Shown piece after piece: positions 1 to 14,305 of a stretch of 64,000 nt of DNA; positions within the stretch are counted from its first letter, which is position 1; each line of letters begins with the position of its first letter. The notes under the pieces are model-generated. The model did no database searches and was not told the DNA's origin. It saw only the letters and a program-made list of their open reading frames with translations. Position numbers and translations under genes: made by a program. Source of the stretch: Azolla caroliniana (lineage: Eukaryota; Plantae; Polypodiophyta); NCBI GenBank assembly GCA_043228905.1, contig JBHGNT010000010.1, positions 2,418,001-2,482,000 on the forward strand, written 5' to 3'.

Positions 1-40
1 GTTTTAGGTTTTATTATGGTTCCTTACATTTGATTTCCAG

Positions 41-3000
41 TCGATTTGACATTACCAAGATTCCTGATGTTTATGACTCTGCCAAGTAAGTTCTTCCCAT
101 TAAGTGTCTATATGATGTTTAACTTTTCCATATATGTTTATCGGTCTATTGTTGGTGGCAGGTATGACCTTGTACACAGCACTCATCTGAAACTTGATGG
201 ACTTGAAGAACTTTATACTGTTGCTAAGGTAGAGCTAATAACTTGGAATGGAAAGCTTTCTCTTTGCTGGTAGAATTGAAAGGTTCTTGTTTTCAATTCT
301 TAATCGAGAATCACTAGAACAAATACTCACTTGTTCTTGTCAAAGTCACTAGAGAGATGAATCTTTGCTGCGAATTGTTAGTGTCCAATACAAGCTACTA
401 ATATGAGTAATGTTAATTCGACTGATATGCGATCTGCTATGAAGATTGAATGGCCTTCCAGACATTATATCATGCCCATTTTTAATGTGTTTCCCAATCA
501 TGGGATATCTAAGGTTTGGTTCTCAATGATCTTATCCCTGAAGTGTAAGACTCACCACAAAGAATAACGTGAGTCTTAGTTCTTCCCTTGTACATGCAAG
601 GAAACTTTAAGACTCTGATACTTGTTGAAAGGAGGTGGAGAGCTTAGACAAACCAGCGGTAGATGAAAGAATGAAAGGAAGCTATATAAACGTCCCCAAG
701 AGGCCAAAATGGCCTATGAGTGTAAACCAGAGATCACCTAAACCAAAATAAATGTAAGATTCTCGTTATCAATACATGTAAGATTCTTAAGTCAGATAGA
801 TTGAGATTTTGTTTATGAAAGATCTCTAGCATAGGTTGATCCAAAATTGAGAGATCTCCGAAGCGAAGGAAGCATTTGCAATGATGAGAGATAAGGGTGG
901 TGTGATCATGGTCTTCAAGGCTAGGGCCTATGTGCATTACAAACAGCTATTGCCCAATGTATTGTAACCCATTTGCAATGTGCTGATTGGAAGGTCACAT
1001 GTGTAGCAATAATTGACTTGTATGAGGACTGATCAGGATAAAGAAAGTTGGTGACTATTCTTTGTTGATGAGCTGGTGATTGCATTTTTGTTCTTCAACA
1101 ACATCTGCCTGTATCTTGTTGTGTTCTAGCAAGAACAAGCCCAGGCATCGTTGGTCCTCATATCCCATTACCTTGCGTAGTGAGCCAAAGCTTTGCTAAG
1201 AGGTAATAGTGTCTGCCTCTTATTTCATAAAAAACAGTTCAGTGTTAGACATAGTGTTCTTCTGATTCCACTACTTGATGACACAATTAGCAAACTCTTT
1301 GAACTCCCAAAGCAGTTGGATACTGATCACTAATTGAAATAATGCCTCGATGATTAATGGGGTGGCCCCAATCTCTGCTCAGATTATATCATTGGGCACC
1401 AATGCTTTGCTCCTTATCATGGTGAGAAAGAAAGACTGGAAGATATATTGACGTCATTTAAGAGTTCACTATAAAACCAAAGAAGATATTACATTAAAAT
1501 ATTGTCTCCTCTTTGAGAACAACAAAGTAAATAATCTCATTAGCTATACATGTAAGATTCTCAAGGCAGATAGATTGTAATTTCTGTCTTTAAAAGATCT
1601 CTAGAATGTAAGATTCTCAAGGCAGAATGGAGAGATTTCTGAAGCGACGCTGTACATGCGATGGTGGGAGATAATGATGTTTATTTATCTTCAATGGGTC
1701 TTCAATATTCTAGCATGTCAATGTAACAATATATTTTATGTTTTCTGCCAATTTTTTCATGGTATTTTTTCTCCAAATCTGGCGCCTCTTTTGCAATGCT
1801 TGCCCTTTTTGTCTCTTTGCATCAGGTCAGTTCAGATAATGTTTTTGGGTATCTCTGACTCCATTAGGTATACATATGTGCTGTTTATCTTCCAATCTAG
1901 CACCTTTTGCAAAGGGCTTCGCCTTCTTGCTCGCTTCCCAACAGCCCAGTTCAGATAATTTATTTTGGGATCTCTAAAACCCATTCGGTATATAGATGTT
2001 TCTGTCTGACCCTTGCCAAGACTGAAACGTTTTAGTTGCAAAAATGAGTAGATGGCTGTTAAAATCCCTGCGGACAGAATACCAGGCAAGCTTCCCTCTT
2101 TCCAGAAGACAGGTTTTCACGCATCAAGGAATTCTGCATTATGCACTGAGGACATATTAGAAGATGAAAACTGGGCAGATACTATAGAGCTCAAAGTCGA
2201 TTGGATTGCTTTTAATAGTCATTAGAACTTGCATTATTTGCCACAAAGGCCCTATACGCTACATGATGTATAGCACGCTCCAGATGTTAAATATGGATGT
2301 GAGGGAAATATTTTGAAACCAGTGCTTGTCATACCAATATATTTGTAACATGCCATTTCTGAGTGTTCCAACTTGATGTTGTACTGTTATTGGCAGGATC
2401 TTGCAGATGGTGTAATACCCAATGAATATGGAATAAATCCCATCCACAAACTGAAAATAGGATCAAAGGTACATTGAGTAGTTTCAGAAGGCTTATACTG
2501 CCCTGATGATCTGCTATTTAGTAGCATATTACAACATATGCCAATAAAGTGTAATTTTTTATTTAAGGTGGAGGCTATATGATGTAGCAATCATTAGTTG
2601 TGCATGTGTCTACAAAGCTTCTGAAGCATTGGTATATGTATATCACTAAAAATTACTGTTGTCTTCTGTGTTATTAGATAGCACGAAAGCTTCTTGGAAA
2701 ACTTTTGATCGACCTTGACAATACACGAGAAGAGGCTGTCAACATTGCTGAACTGAAATCTGCACAGGATTGTGCACCATCACTGAAACTGTCCAAATTA
2801 ACTGATGATGATTGTACATCTGCAAAATCTAGGACTAAAATTGATAGTTCGAGAAGGTCAAGCACAAACAGTGATAAATCTGTAGATACTGAAGACGATG
2901 ATGATAAAGAGACACAATACCGACTAGACCCAAAGTAATGTGTCCTTGTACAATCCGTGTTAAATGCATAATTAGAGGGATGCTACTGGCAGTATCTCCC

Positions 3001-3857
3001 CTAGCATAGTCTGAGATTTTTTTTCTGAACAGTATCTATCTCATTTCCTTTCCAGATATGCAAATGTAAGAACTCCAGAACGCCATGTCCGAACTCGATT
3101 ATATTTTACATCGGTATGTTGAATACAAACTTAATTTCAATCCTAACTGGTATGATGTATGTAGGCAACTCCATGGTTTGAACGTTACCTGTCTTGACAG
3201 GAGTCACATATACACTCATTGATTAATGTTTTGAGGTATTGCAATTTGGATGATTCACAAGAAGAGGAAGGACTTATCCCTGATAAGGGAATGCATAGAA
3301 TTTTTGAAACCAAAGAGCTTGACTATCTTACCCATATTGTTATGAGGATGTATGAAAACACAGCTGTAAGTGGAATAAGCTGCTGTGTCATATTGGATAA
3401 TTTGGGATATATGTTTTCTGTTCATATTGTGTTTATTTGTCAGGTTTCACTGACTGACCCAAAAAGGTTCAGAATTGAGCTACTTTTCAGCTGTGGTGCA
3501 GCCGTGAATCCTCTTGAGGTAACAAAAAAATGCTCAGTACTGTCTACATTCATGAAATCAAGGAAAGGACATAAGGCTTACTTCTCATGCATTTCATTGC
3601 ATTTGCAGGCATCACCCCGGGATCAGGATCATACAATGCCTGTATTTCCTCCAGAGACATTACAAGGTGATTCACAATATCTTACCTTACATAAACTGGA
3701 AAGCATGATTCAGCCGTTTGCGATGCCAGCAGAAGACTTCCCTCCAGCAACAACACCTCAAGGTTTTTCTGGGCTATTCCCAAAAGGTGGGGGAGTTCTG
3801 GAGCGCCTAGCCAACTTATGGCCTTTCAACAATAAGAATGGCAACCAGAGGATCTGA
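41..3857 (+). CDS. VIP1: Inositol hexakisphosphate/diphosphoinositol-pentakisphosphate kinase (PPIP5K, VIP1/VIH family), 3' portion, 5'-partial, multi-exon
   Basis: GT-AG exons at about 41-85 ([15 protein letters not shown]), 162-228 ([22 protein letters not shown]), 2397-2468 ([24 protein letters not shown]), 2678-2934 ([13 protein letters not shown]...YRLDPK), 3056-3113 ([19 protein letters not shown]), 3201-3365 ([17 protein letters not shown]...ELDY), 3444-3518 and 3610-3857. These motifs match the histidine-acid-phosphatase-like half of PPIP5K. Confidence 0.93.
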
Positions 3858-5591
3858 CTCTTAACATGATTTAGGCTGTATAGATCCTTCTAGAGAGTTT
3901 GAATTCGGTTCTTAGCATAACTGCCCTCTGCAGTAAGCAGGAGTTGAGAGATGATATTCCTCTACAAGGGGTAAGAGGTTGAAAACTCTGAATTCTCCAT
4001 TCTGTAGCAGTGGTATGGGAAGCATCATTGGATAATATCAATACATTTTTGTCATCAAGGAACAGAGCCTTCGATTTCCATGTTCCAAAAGTCCATGGAG
4101 GTTCATACAGATGTACAACAAAATTTTAAGGCGTGCGAAGCTTTTTCAATAAGCTCTGATACACTCTTTATATGGATCAGAAGTTAATGATTCTAAGTAA
4201 TTGAAGGGTTCAAATTTCTGTGAAGACAACATTAATTTTACAATTCTTAACATAATCCTTCTATCAAGTTTTTCCAATGAAAGCGATAATACTGTTTGTT
4301 CAATCAGATACTTGACCACAAAAAAGATAACTACGTTATGATCTTCCTGTTGTAAAGGTCTCTACGATACTTCATTCTTTGCGCAGCATGACTATTTGTA
4401 TTGAAAAGAATGATGCTACAAGAGAATGCTACCAAAAGGCTTACCATGTCCTTTGCACTTCTTTGATGAATTCTACAGCAACACTTTCATGCAGCTATGT
4501 TTTTTTTACTACTAAATTCATGGGCCACCTTTTGCTGTTTGGTGAGTTGTATAAATGTGGAAATAATGTAAATTCTAGCCTGCACTCTTTAGCCTTTGAG
4601 GGAATTCTAACATCTTTAATTGTTGATGGGTAGCATAGCCTTTGAATGATAAAAAAGAAAATACAGCAATGCACCCAAAGGTCTTATACATAATCTAGCA
4701 TCAAGCAATAACTAAAGGGCTTAAACCCATCCAGCCAAAGTATAGCAAAGAACATAAAGAGATGCTGGTATGATTGTGGTGGTTGTAAATATGAGATGGT
4801 GATATAAACACACCGTGCATGTTGTGTCTTTACACTCCCCTTTTTCAACTTACGGAAGATTCTTTTGTTTTGCAAAAACAAAATGCTACATCATTGGTTA
4901 AGATTTCTAGATGTTACTATGTGAACATTGAGGTGGGATTCACAAATATATTTAAATGAATCAAGATTATCCAAGATCCGAAAGAGATCTGAAATTGTGG
5001 TTTATGCTATGCTGTATTATATATCTATACTAGCAGCACCATTTACTCATATTTCTTGTTAAATGCAACTCCTGACTTCTATGCAAGTTTAAATCATAAT
5101 TTTATTCAAACCTTTCCGGGGATCCAAAAAAGAGTATATGTATATAGAAGTAAAGACAATGGAATGGCATAAGGTAGATTATACAATTGGTGAGAGGTCC
5201 AATCTTATTAGTTCTCAAGATATTATCATACAGTTAAAGTATGGAGAGTTCGTATGGCTGATCAGATTTGTAGTGTGCAAGCTCAAAAGTCCGAGCAACC
5301 TTGTTCTGAACAAAAGTAACTTCTTCAAACCCATGGAGTTCAACCTGCAATGCTAGGATCAATGAAAGTTTGGAGAAACAATGCTCTTTTGCTTGGTTGA
5401 AGTTCCAACTATTCTTGTTGAACATGGCGCATAAGACTTGCAAAACTAACTACACTATTTTGTAGAGCTAGTTAAGGAATTAATTTCACACAGTTACAGG
5501 TAGCCTTCTGCTTTTGTCAGCCAATCAGAAGATGAAAACCGTTTCTCAGATATTCGCAACCTTACATGAAGGAGAAGCCTAATCAGATATT

Positions 5592-7376
5592 ATGTGCAGA
5601 TCTGTTTTCTCTTGGACTGCAATAATTTCTGCTCATTCAAGCTCTGGCCATGGCCATGAAGCTCTGAGGCTGCATAAATGCATGCTGCAAGATGGCGTTG
5701 AACCTAACAATTACACATATGTTGCCCTTTTCAAGGCGTGTGGATCTATGGAAGACGTTAGAGAAGGCATGAGATTTCATATGGAAGCATCAAAGAAAGG
5801 CTATACATCTGATGTCTATGTTGGAAGCAGTCTTGTGAGTATGTATGGAAAATGTGAAGCAACCATGGAAGCTGAGAATGTTTTTGAGAATATCCAAAAT
5901 CCTAATGTCGTTTCATGGAATGCAATGTTGTCTGTATACATCGAGAATGGGCAGGGAGAAGAAGCTTTATCATTGTATAGGCAGATGCAAGAGGAGAACG
6001 TAAGCTTTGATCAATTGACATTTGTTATTTCTCTTCAAGCATGTGGTATCATTGCAAATTGTGATGAAAAGGATGCCAAAAAGGGCCATTTAGCTATGGA
6101 AATTGGACAAGGTTTACATGTAGATGCGCATAGAAAAGGATATACATCTCTTAGTATAGTTGGAAACACTCTTGTTAGCATGTATGGGAAGTGTAACGCA
6201 CTTGTTGAAGCCGAATATGCATTTGACCGGCTATGTAATCGAACACTAGTGTCATGGAATGCTATGTTTTCTACATATGTTGAATGTGGGCATGGAAAAA
6301 GAGCTTTACAATTTCTCAAAAAGATGCAAGAAGATGGTATAATACCCGATGCTGTCACATTCTTGATTTGTTTCCGAGCTTGTAAAGCACTCCTTGAAGA
6401 AGAACCATTGATAAAGAAACAAGCAATCATTGTAATTGGACAAGCATTGCATAAGGATGCTAGTAGGATGGGTTATTTAACTAATGTCTTTGTAGCGAAT
6501 GCTCTTCTCGTATTTTATAGCAAATGTGGAGAAATTGTAGAGGCAGAGACAATCTTTCACTCATTAGCTTGGCATAGCAATATAGTGTCATGGGTAGCAA
6601 TGATTTCTATATATGTTGAACAAGGCGCAGGAGAGAAAGCTTTGCAATTGTATAAAAAAATGGAACACCAATCATTGGATCTTGATGAAATTATGCTTAT
6701 TTTGATACTCCGAGCATATTCTTTGACGGGAGACTTGGATGGTTGCAAACAGATACATTTCAAGGTTGTCTCTACAGGGATCAACCTCATGACCTATATG
6801 GCAAATACCTTAGTTTATGCATATGGAAGTTGTGGTAGCATGATAGATGGAGATGAAATCTTTCATGAGATTCCGGAGCCTTCAATAGTCTTTTGGAATT
6901 CACGCATCACCGGCCATGCAGCTGAAGGTGATGCCATTGAGATTTTTCTTATTTTTGAGGAACTAAAATTGGTGGGATTTGAACCAAATGATGTGAGCAT
7001 TTTGATGCTTCTTCTAGTTTGTAGTTATTCTGGCCTTATTGCCGAGGGGCTTGGTTACTTGGGACATATAAGTAAAAAACATGGTTTAACCCCCAACTCT
7101 AAACACTATGGCATTATTCTAGACCTTCTTGGACGGGCAGGGGATTTCAAGAGGATAGAAGACTTGTTAGAAAGGATGCCTACCTTCTCTAATCAGATTA
7201 TTTCTTCAGGGTTATTGAATGCATGCAAGATGCATGGTAACCTAGAGCTGGCAGTTGAGATTTTTGGTCATACATTATGCTTGAAATCTACAGTCGGCAA
7301 TCCTTACGTATTGATGTCAAACATATGTGCCTATGATGGCCTCTATGCAAGCAAGAAAGAAGATTTGAATACATAA
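5592..7376 (+). CDS. PLS-class pentatricopeptide repeat protein with partial E domain, no DYW
   Basis: Intronless 594-aa ORF with repeated P/L/S motifs (VFSWTAII, VGSSLVSMYGKC, VVSWNAML), then KHYGIILDLLGRAG and PYVLMSNI (E domain). Confidence 0.92.
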   Translation: MCRSVFSWTAIISAHSSSGHGHEALRLHKCMLQDGVEPNNYTYVALFKACGSMEDVREGMRFHMEASKKGYTSDVYVGSSLVSMYGKCEATMEAENVFENIQNPNVVSWNAMLSVYIENGQGEEALSLYRQMQEENVSFDQLTFVISLQACGIIANCDEKDAKKGHLAMEIGQGLHVDAHRKGYTSLSIVGNTLVSMYGKCNALVEAEYAFDRLCNRTLVSWNAMFSTYVECGHGKRALQFLKKMQEDGIIPDAVTFLICFRACKALLEEEPLIKKQAIIVIGQALHKDASRMGYLTNVFVANALLVFYSKCGEIVEAETIFHSLAWHSNIVSWVAMISIYVEQGAGEKALQLYKKMEHQSLDLDEIMLILILRAYSLTGDLDGCKQIHFKVVSTGINLMTYMANTLVYAYGSCGSMIDGDEIFHEIPEPSIVFWNSRITGHAAEGDAIEIFLIFEELKLVGFEPNDVSILMLLLVCSYSGLIAEGLGYLGHISKKHGLTPNSKHYGIILDLLGRAGDFKRIEDLLERMPTFSNQIISSGLLNACKMHGNLELAVEIFGHTLCLKSTVGNPYVLMSNICAYDGLYASKKEDLNT

Positions 7377-9139
7377 TTTATGACATTTCATATAACTTTG
7401 GAAACTCTTTTTTCACACAATCATTTATCTTGCCTCATCAGAAGTAGCAGTCACGTATATTCTCATGATATGTACATACATCATGATGTATAGCATCTCA
7501 CAAATCATAAGCAACATCAATTTGGAGTATTTCACAATCACAAAGAAATTATGAATATATGCTAGAGCCTCAAAATGCTTTTCATTTCTGTAATCATAAG
7601 AACACCAATCAATTGTCAGTCTGACTGAGTGTAAGTGATAATCCTACATATATATATATATATATATATTCTATCCATGATCACACATAAGTTTCTACAT
7701 ATGTTATTAGGACTTCACTTTGTATGTAGCTTAAATCCTTCCAGAATCATCAAATGTCTATTCTTTCAAACATTTACAAACTCTAGTTTTTGGAATGAAA
7801 GTATGTGGAGGAAGCAAATCAAGAAACATGGAATGAGTTAGAAAATATAAATTGATTTATATGTGATCACCATCTTAGAATAAAAGCACAATACCATGCT
7901 TTCTTGACAATAGGAAAAGCCCCATCAAGGTGATTGTTCAAGTCTATATTTATATAGGATGTAAAGTCAAAAAACAAATTGTTTCCATTCAAGCAATGCC
8001 AAGCCCATTCTAAGTAAGGTGCAAGTATTCATTTTGACACACAATCTTAGACGTTGGATTAGAAATAGGAGGTTGTGGATCCATATGAATTCTTAGACTA
8101 GGCTTCTTTGCATTTGGGTTCAGCCTATCACCTCCATATTAGTTTTTGTGATTTTATGTTTTCGTGACTTCATTTCTTGTTCAATTGTCTTGTACCTCTT
8201 GTTTCTTAACTTCCAAAGATTATCCTTTTTGCAAAGTTGTTCTTTCATGCCAATAAGTTGATTCATTCCAGGTTGCAAGCTACTTGGAAAAGCTTGGTTC
8301 AAATGGAATCATATTGTAGGACTGAGAGGGCCAATGTTAAAATTTCACAGCTTGAATTTCGCTTGGTAGAAGTTCCAAGCCCCCTAACAACTTAGAGCAT
8401 TGGTCAAAGGCATGTCTTCCATTTAGTGTCGATATTGTGCAAGATTGAATTCCTTGTTGAGGGGCTAGGCTATCTCGCTAAGCAAGCAGGTACAAATAAA
8501 AGTTAGTGGCATATAGTGAAGAACTACCCTTAACACTCTCCTTACATTTCCTACATTACATTAGGTTGCTGATGCAAACTATTAGCCCATCTAGGACATT
8601 AATTCCTCAACCACACACCTCTAGCAGCCATGGTCAAGGAGTGAATGGATATCCATCATGTGGGTGATCTAGTAAGGAAAAGGTCAAGCGTGGGGCATCT
8701 CCAAAGTCAATGTAGATATGACTTTTTCTCTTATTGATACGATGATATGTTCATCGTTCCATCTAGCATCTGGCAACTATTTCTGACAAAAATGAATGTG
8801 TGTGTGTGTGTGTGTGTAGTTGCGTGGGCGACTCCTCTCTCTCCATACATATTTAGCAGAGTCCAAAATATGAGAGAAGGGGGGAACGTTTGAGTTTTTG
8901 AAGGCTTAATTAAGGGGTATTTTGTGAGAATTTAATGAAAACGAAGAAAGAAGGGGCAGGGGCATTTCAGTAAATTTCCCATTTCCCTTACGATATCAGA
9001 AGGAATGCAGACAGAAGAAAAACAGGGAAGTCGCTACATAATACACAGACAGACAGATACATACATACATACATACATACATACGTGTGTGTATGATCGG
9101 GGCCAAAGAAAGCTGAGAGGAGCGAGGCGCGAGAGAACC

Positions 9140-12100
9140 ATGGATCAGGGCTATGGTGGGCACCCTCCTTATGCACCAGTTCCACAACAGCAGCAGCATC
9201 AATTTCCTCATCATCCCCTTCATTTCCCACCTCAAGGAGTAGGAGGAGTAGGAGGAGGAGGAGGAGGAGGAGGACCTCCCCCCTCCTCCTCCTTCTTCCC
9301 GCCCCCGCCGCCCCCGCCTGCCCCAATGGCAGCCTTCTCACCTTATGGCCCATCCCCAGGAGGAGGACCCGGCCCCGGACCAGGATCCGGTCCCTACCCT
9401 CCACCTCCCTTCCCTCAGATTCCCCAGCACCAGATCCCCCAACACCAGATTCCTCAACACCAGATTCCTCACCAGATTCCCCACCCGATACCGCACCCGC
9501 ACCCGCACCCTCTCCCACACCCTGTCCCCATCCCACACCCAATGCAAGGGTTCTTCAACCCTTGGGATCCACCCCCTCCCGTCTCACCTCCCCCTCCTGA
9601 CCCTGAGCTTCAGAAACGCATTGATAAGCTCGTCGAATACTCGGCCAAGAATGGCCCCGAGTTCGAGAAGATGCTCAGAGAGAAACAGAAAGAAAATCCT
9701 CTCTATGCCTTCCTCTTTGGAGCTGAAGGATTCAATTATTACAGGTATAAGCTATGGATCACAGTTAACCCACATCTTGCAAATCCCTATAGCATGTCGG
9801 CAGCTCCAAATCCAGTTCCTTTTAACATAAACCCTAATTTGGCACCTACCCAAGGTGTTTTGCCTCAATATTATGATAATCAACAACAACAACTTCTTCA
9901 TCAGCCTTACTTTGATCCATCTTATAATCAAGAAGCCCCCCCTATGTTATTTAAGGGTCTTTCAGGTCCTTTGCCTGGTGATGTCGCCATGGAGCTTCAG
10001 AATGTATTGGATAATCTTACAGGAACTAAAGAATCTATCAAAGGAGCTAAGAACTGGTTTATGCAAAGATTGCCTTTTGCTCCTGCTTTAGCAGAGGCTT
10101 TGAGAGAGAGGGTTCTCTCTCTTGATGATGACGTTCGTCAACTTCATATTATTTTCTTGGCAAACGATATCTTGTTTGACAGGTCAGTCATTACAGCATC
10201 AGTTTTCTTATCACATTGTTTACATGGAAAACGTCTTTTTAAAAACAATTGAAGTATACACTCCTTGAAACACAAAGATATGTCTTACATAACTTAGTTA
10301 TGGGATTTTAAATGGTTGTACTATCAAATAACTTGAGTAACTGTCTGTTTTTCTTGTTTGATTCACCCAAAACAACACTGTTAAAAACAATAAAATGCTG
10401 TTGCATTCATATTAGGAGTCAAAAAAATTTACATTTTTGCATATTTGTGAGAGATCAAGAGGCTCTTCCGAATTCTTATATGCATCCATTTCATGGAGGA
10501 TGCATACAATTGCTCCAATAAGGTTAAAGATACCATTCTTTTACTAGATGCTTGAGATTTGTGGCTCATGTCTGCTTTTTCTTGGTAGTTTATCCCTCTA
10601 ATTTGCATAGTCACAAGAAATAGAAATCATTTGTCCATATGGGAATACCCAAGATTGAATAGCGGTACTTATTTCCAACTAGAACTTCTACCTTTCAATC
10701 AGGTTTAGTCTCCTCCTGAATCATTTATGTCAATCAATCTTGTTGGGGCTCAATCAGTCTCGATGGGATGGAATTTCTCTGGTGAATGCCAGTTGAAACG
10801 TCAACTCCACACAAATCTGGCTGAAACTGCAATATCCTTGAAATAAAATATCCTGATCCTTTTTAAATACAATTCTTAACAGATATATTCCAGATTTAAA
10901 GTTAGACATACACTTTCAGCTTTTATTTTCTTGTTATATTGTTCACATGGCAAGCTTTAATAAACAGAAGAATTGTAAGCATTAGTACTCTTTGTTGAAC
11001 TTTCTACTAATGATACCCTAGAATATTTTATACGGTCACTTAAAGATTGTCTTTTTAAATTTTTGGAAGATAAATATCTTGAATATCTAGTTTGTCCCCA
11101 ATTGTATCAACCAACTACCACATATAATGTATACAAGTCCTTTATGATAGACAGAGAAGCAGGTTGTGGGATTGTTTTTTAGATTTCTGGATCACTTTTG
11201 AGGCTAATTCTGTCAGAAAGTTAAAACAATAGTTGCATTGCCTTATCAAACTGATTAGGTTCTGCATCCTGTAAGAACAAAGTACAAAACTCCCAATCTG
11301 CCTCCTGGAACATGCTTCTAACAAAGCATCTTGTGCCATTTTACCGCCTGAGTCCTGAGTATCCTGTGATCTCCTTCCTGTTGTTGAATTTTGATTTGGA
11401 CGCTTGTCCATTAAGGCCTCATCCCTGCCAGGTTTCCTTGCTCTGGGCTCTCTATTATAAAGTTGTCGATTGATCAAGACTGATGTCTGATCAATCTTCC
11501 ATATATTCAGCCAGCATTCAGTATTCCATATCTCCTACATTCAGTTTTCCAGTTTCTATTGCTTCAGGCAACCTGTCATGAAGTCTTCAATCAATCCTTT
11601 ATAGTACATGCTTCTATTGTATTTCCTCATCTGGGTCCATCTGTCCTGCAACATACATTTCCTGAGCCTCTGTAGTTTCATGAGCATTTTCCAGCATTTC
11701 TTCAGACATCCTTCTCTCATCCTGCTACTTCCTTCTTTTTGTCAACATGTCTTTATTTCTGTAGGTTTGCTCATCTTTTGAAGTGGACATTGTGTTTTTG
11801 CTTCTTATCATGATACATCACTAAAAATCTAAGCAAAAAACAGCATCTGTAATTTCAATGTGCTCTTTTTGTCTTTCTTATCATATTTTCCTGTTTTGAA
11901 TAATTGTAATTTGTAACCAAGTTTGGCTAACTGTCACTGCTATAAGAATATGACAAGGTGCATCATACCTTTGACATACTGAATACACACTTACGACTGC
12001 CATTGATTCTATCCTCATATGAAAGAGTTCTTTAAATCCATAAATATCAATTGAATGTCTAATGAGTTACATCATCATTTTTTTCAAACTTATGCTCAGT

Positions 12101-14305
12101 TATACTTGGTCCTTGCATAGGAGAGTGATTATCTATAATGGTTCTCAGAACCATTTAGGCATAATCTTACATTTTCCATTTCCTTAATGGGCATCCTTAT
12201 TATGATCATACACACTTTGTCTTTCAATTTGATATCATAAATGGATTGAGATTCACCTGCATCTCCACATTTTCATCAAGTATACATCTGGACTTGGAAA
12301 TCTGTTTTTGCCAGTTATATCCTTTTCTATCAGGTGCATTGCCAATTATAATCCCCACAATATCTGCATCCAGACACATGGAAATGCGATACATTATATA
12401 CTTCTATGTAACACATTATTATAAGGTGCCGTATCCTATCAAGTCGTCTGACTTTGTTCCTGGAGAAATACTTGGTTCATCATTATGATACAATTCATTT
12501 TCATCAATGTTAAGTGTCACAACATACTGCAATTTTCCAAGTGACAGAGGTAATGGTCAACCATATGTGTTAACAGAATCAAATGCATCTCTTCCATTTA
12601 CCTCTTTTATTTGGAAATGATAAGTTAGCAGCATTTTCTGCTGCCCTTCAAGGCAATTGAAGACCAAATTCATTGGTTGATACTCAATGAATGGGATTTG
12701 ATGGGAGCCTGCACAAGCAAAGATTTGTAGTTATAATGATGATTGAGGCCATAATGATTCTAGGGATGTGAACCATGCCCTCAGGTGTTTGGCTTTTGCT
12801 TGGGGATTGTTGTTACAAAAAAGGAAGGATCCACTCATCATTTGAACCACATTTTGAGTTGTGGTGGGAATTGTAATGTAGAACCAGTAAATAAATGTAA
12901 TGTGGTAGAAAAGGCGCCAATCTTCATTTGTGAAATAACCATGCAATGCTTCTGCAATTAATGCATTTAAAGAGCAATGTCACTTATCTTGATTTGAACT
13001 TTACTCAACCTTAGGTTTGTAAAGAGGTCTTATAATGGATTACTGTATTTTTGGAATATGAATATTGATTCGGATAGTATTTATAGTTTGCAGAGACGAA
13101 CGAATTTTAAGGAGCTTGACAACGAAGCACTGGCATTCCAACCTGTTTTAGGCTCTATGCTAGCTGCAATATACCACAATCCTCAGAACAAAGAAACAAA
13201 TCAGATACGATTGCAGAAGATAGTTCAGTTTTGGGGTTCTAAGGAGGTGTATGGTAAGGAAATAATATCTGCCTTCGAGAATGAGATGATTGCAGGACCG
13301 CCAACTGGCTATCGAATGCCAGCTTTACTTGCAAGGGGTCCACAAATGGAGAAGTCTCTGCATTTATCTGCCAATATTCCAGGTGTGCTATTCTCATGTA
13401 TGAAATATAGGGAAAATAAAGTGAGCTGTTTTTTATTGTCCTAAGCGATACTTCTTATCCTCATTATGTCAAGCAATATTATATTAACCACATTGTGCTA
13501 CTGAAGATTCTCAACCTCCTTTTGTCGTTGAAGATGTTTTGACCTTATTTCCTACATGATGTCAGGTGCTATTCATACAGAACCAACTGGAATCAAAGAA
13601 CATGCACATATTTTAACGCCTGACCATTCTCAAACCTTCCATTCACCTTCCAGGAAAGAGGAAAACCCATTGATTGCAGCACTTGCTGCAGCTCAGTATG
13701 CGCAAACAAGTGGCCCGGTTTCAGCATTAAATACACCCTTTGTTAGCTCTCTTACAAATCTCTCTCAGCTCTCAACTTCAGGGAAGACGACAGATCAATC
13801 TCCATATCCTCTTTTCCCACCTGGCCTTATCCCAGGCATGGTAAGGAAGATGCAAATAGGAACAGGAGTTCCTTATTCAGCGTTAAGTCCATTAGATATA
13901 CCTGCCGTGATTCCTCCTTCAACTGTCTCTGATTCATATGTCTTAGATAGAGTAGCGAAGTTCTTCAAAGACATTGGAGAAGTGGATCCTTTAGAAGGGA
14001 AAGTGAAAAGGTCGAGGTCTCATGATGATGATGATGATGATGAAATGGAAGAACGAGAAAGGAGTCGTATCGGAGGTAATTGTATACCTCCGCCGTCAAG
14101 CTTGATTGTTGACCCCGAGACTAATACACTTCCTGATGGAAGTATAGAACATAAGCCAGGATCTATAAACTCGGGGAGGCTTGGTCTTGGAGCTGTTGCT
14201 GACCCTAACGAGATTACCCAGTATGATGATGTTTATACTTCTTACCGAAAGCAACGTAGTACAAGCTACCATAGCTTCATGAGTGCAAGAGCAGCTGCCA
14301 GATAG
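9140..14305 (+). CDS. SWAP/surp + CID (RPR) domain protein, CHERP-like; 3 coding exons
   Basis: Exons 9140-10182, 13087-13382 and 13566-14305 join in frame. Pro/His/Gln-rich N-terminus, surp ([19 protein letters not shown]...YAFLF...YYRYK), CID ([14 protein letters not shown]...[12 protein letters not shown]) and the CHERP-like tail [15 protein letters not shown]. Confidence 0.9.

Noticed and set aside
750-1715. Similar ~150-bp segments at ~750-920 and ~1545-1700 in the VIP1 intron
   Set aside because: A short diverged local repeat with no termini or coding signal to classify it.
9005-9139. Upstream ATG extension of the CHERP-like ORF
   Set aside because: It runs through (CAGA)n/(CATA)n microsatellite in the likely 5' UTR; the ATG at 9140 is the more plausible start.
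8988-9830. Antisense and alternate-frame ORFs over the GC-rich CHERP exon (similarly within the PPR, LRR, transposase, RTF1 and F-box genes)
   Set aside because: Shadow ORFs of real coding sequence with no independent motifs.
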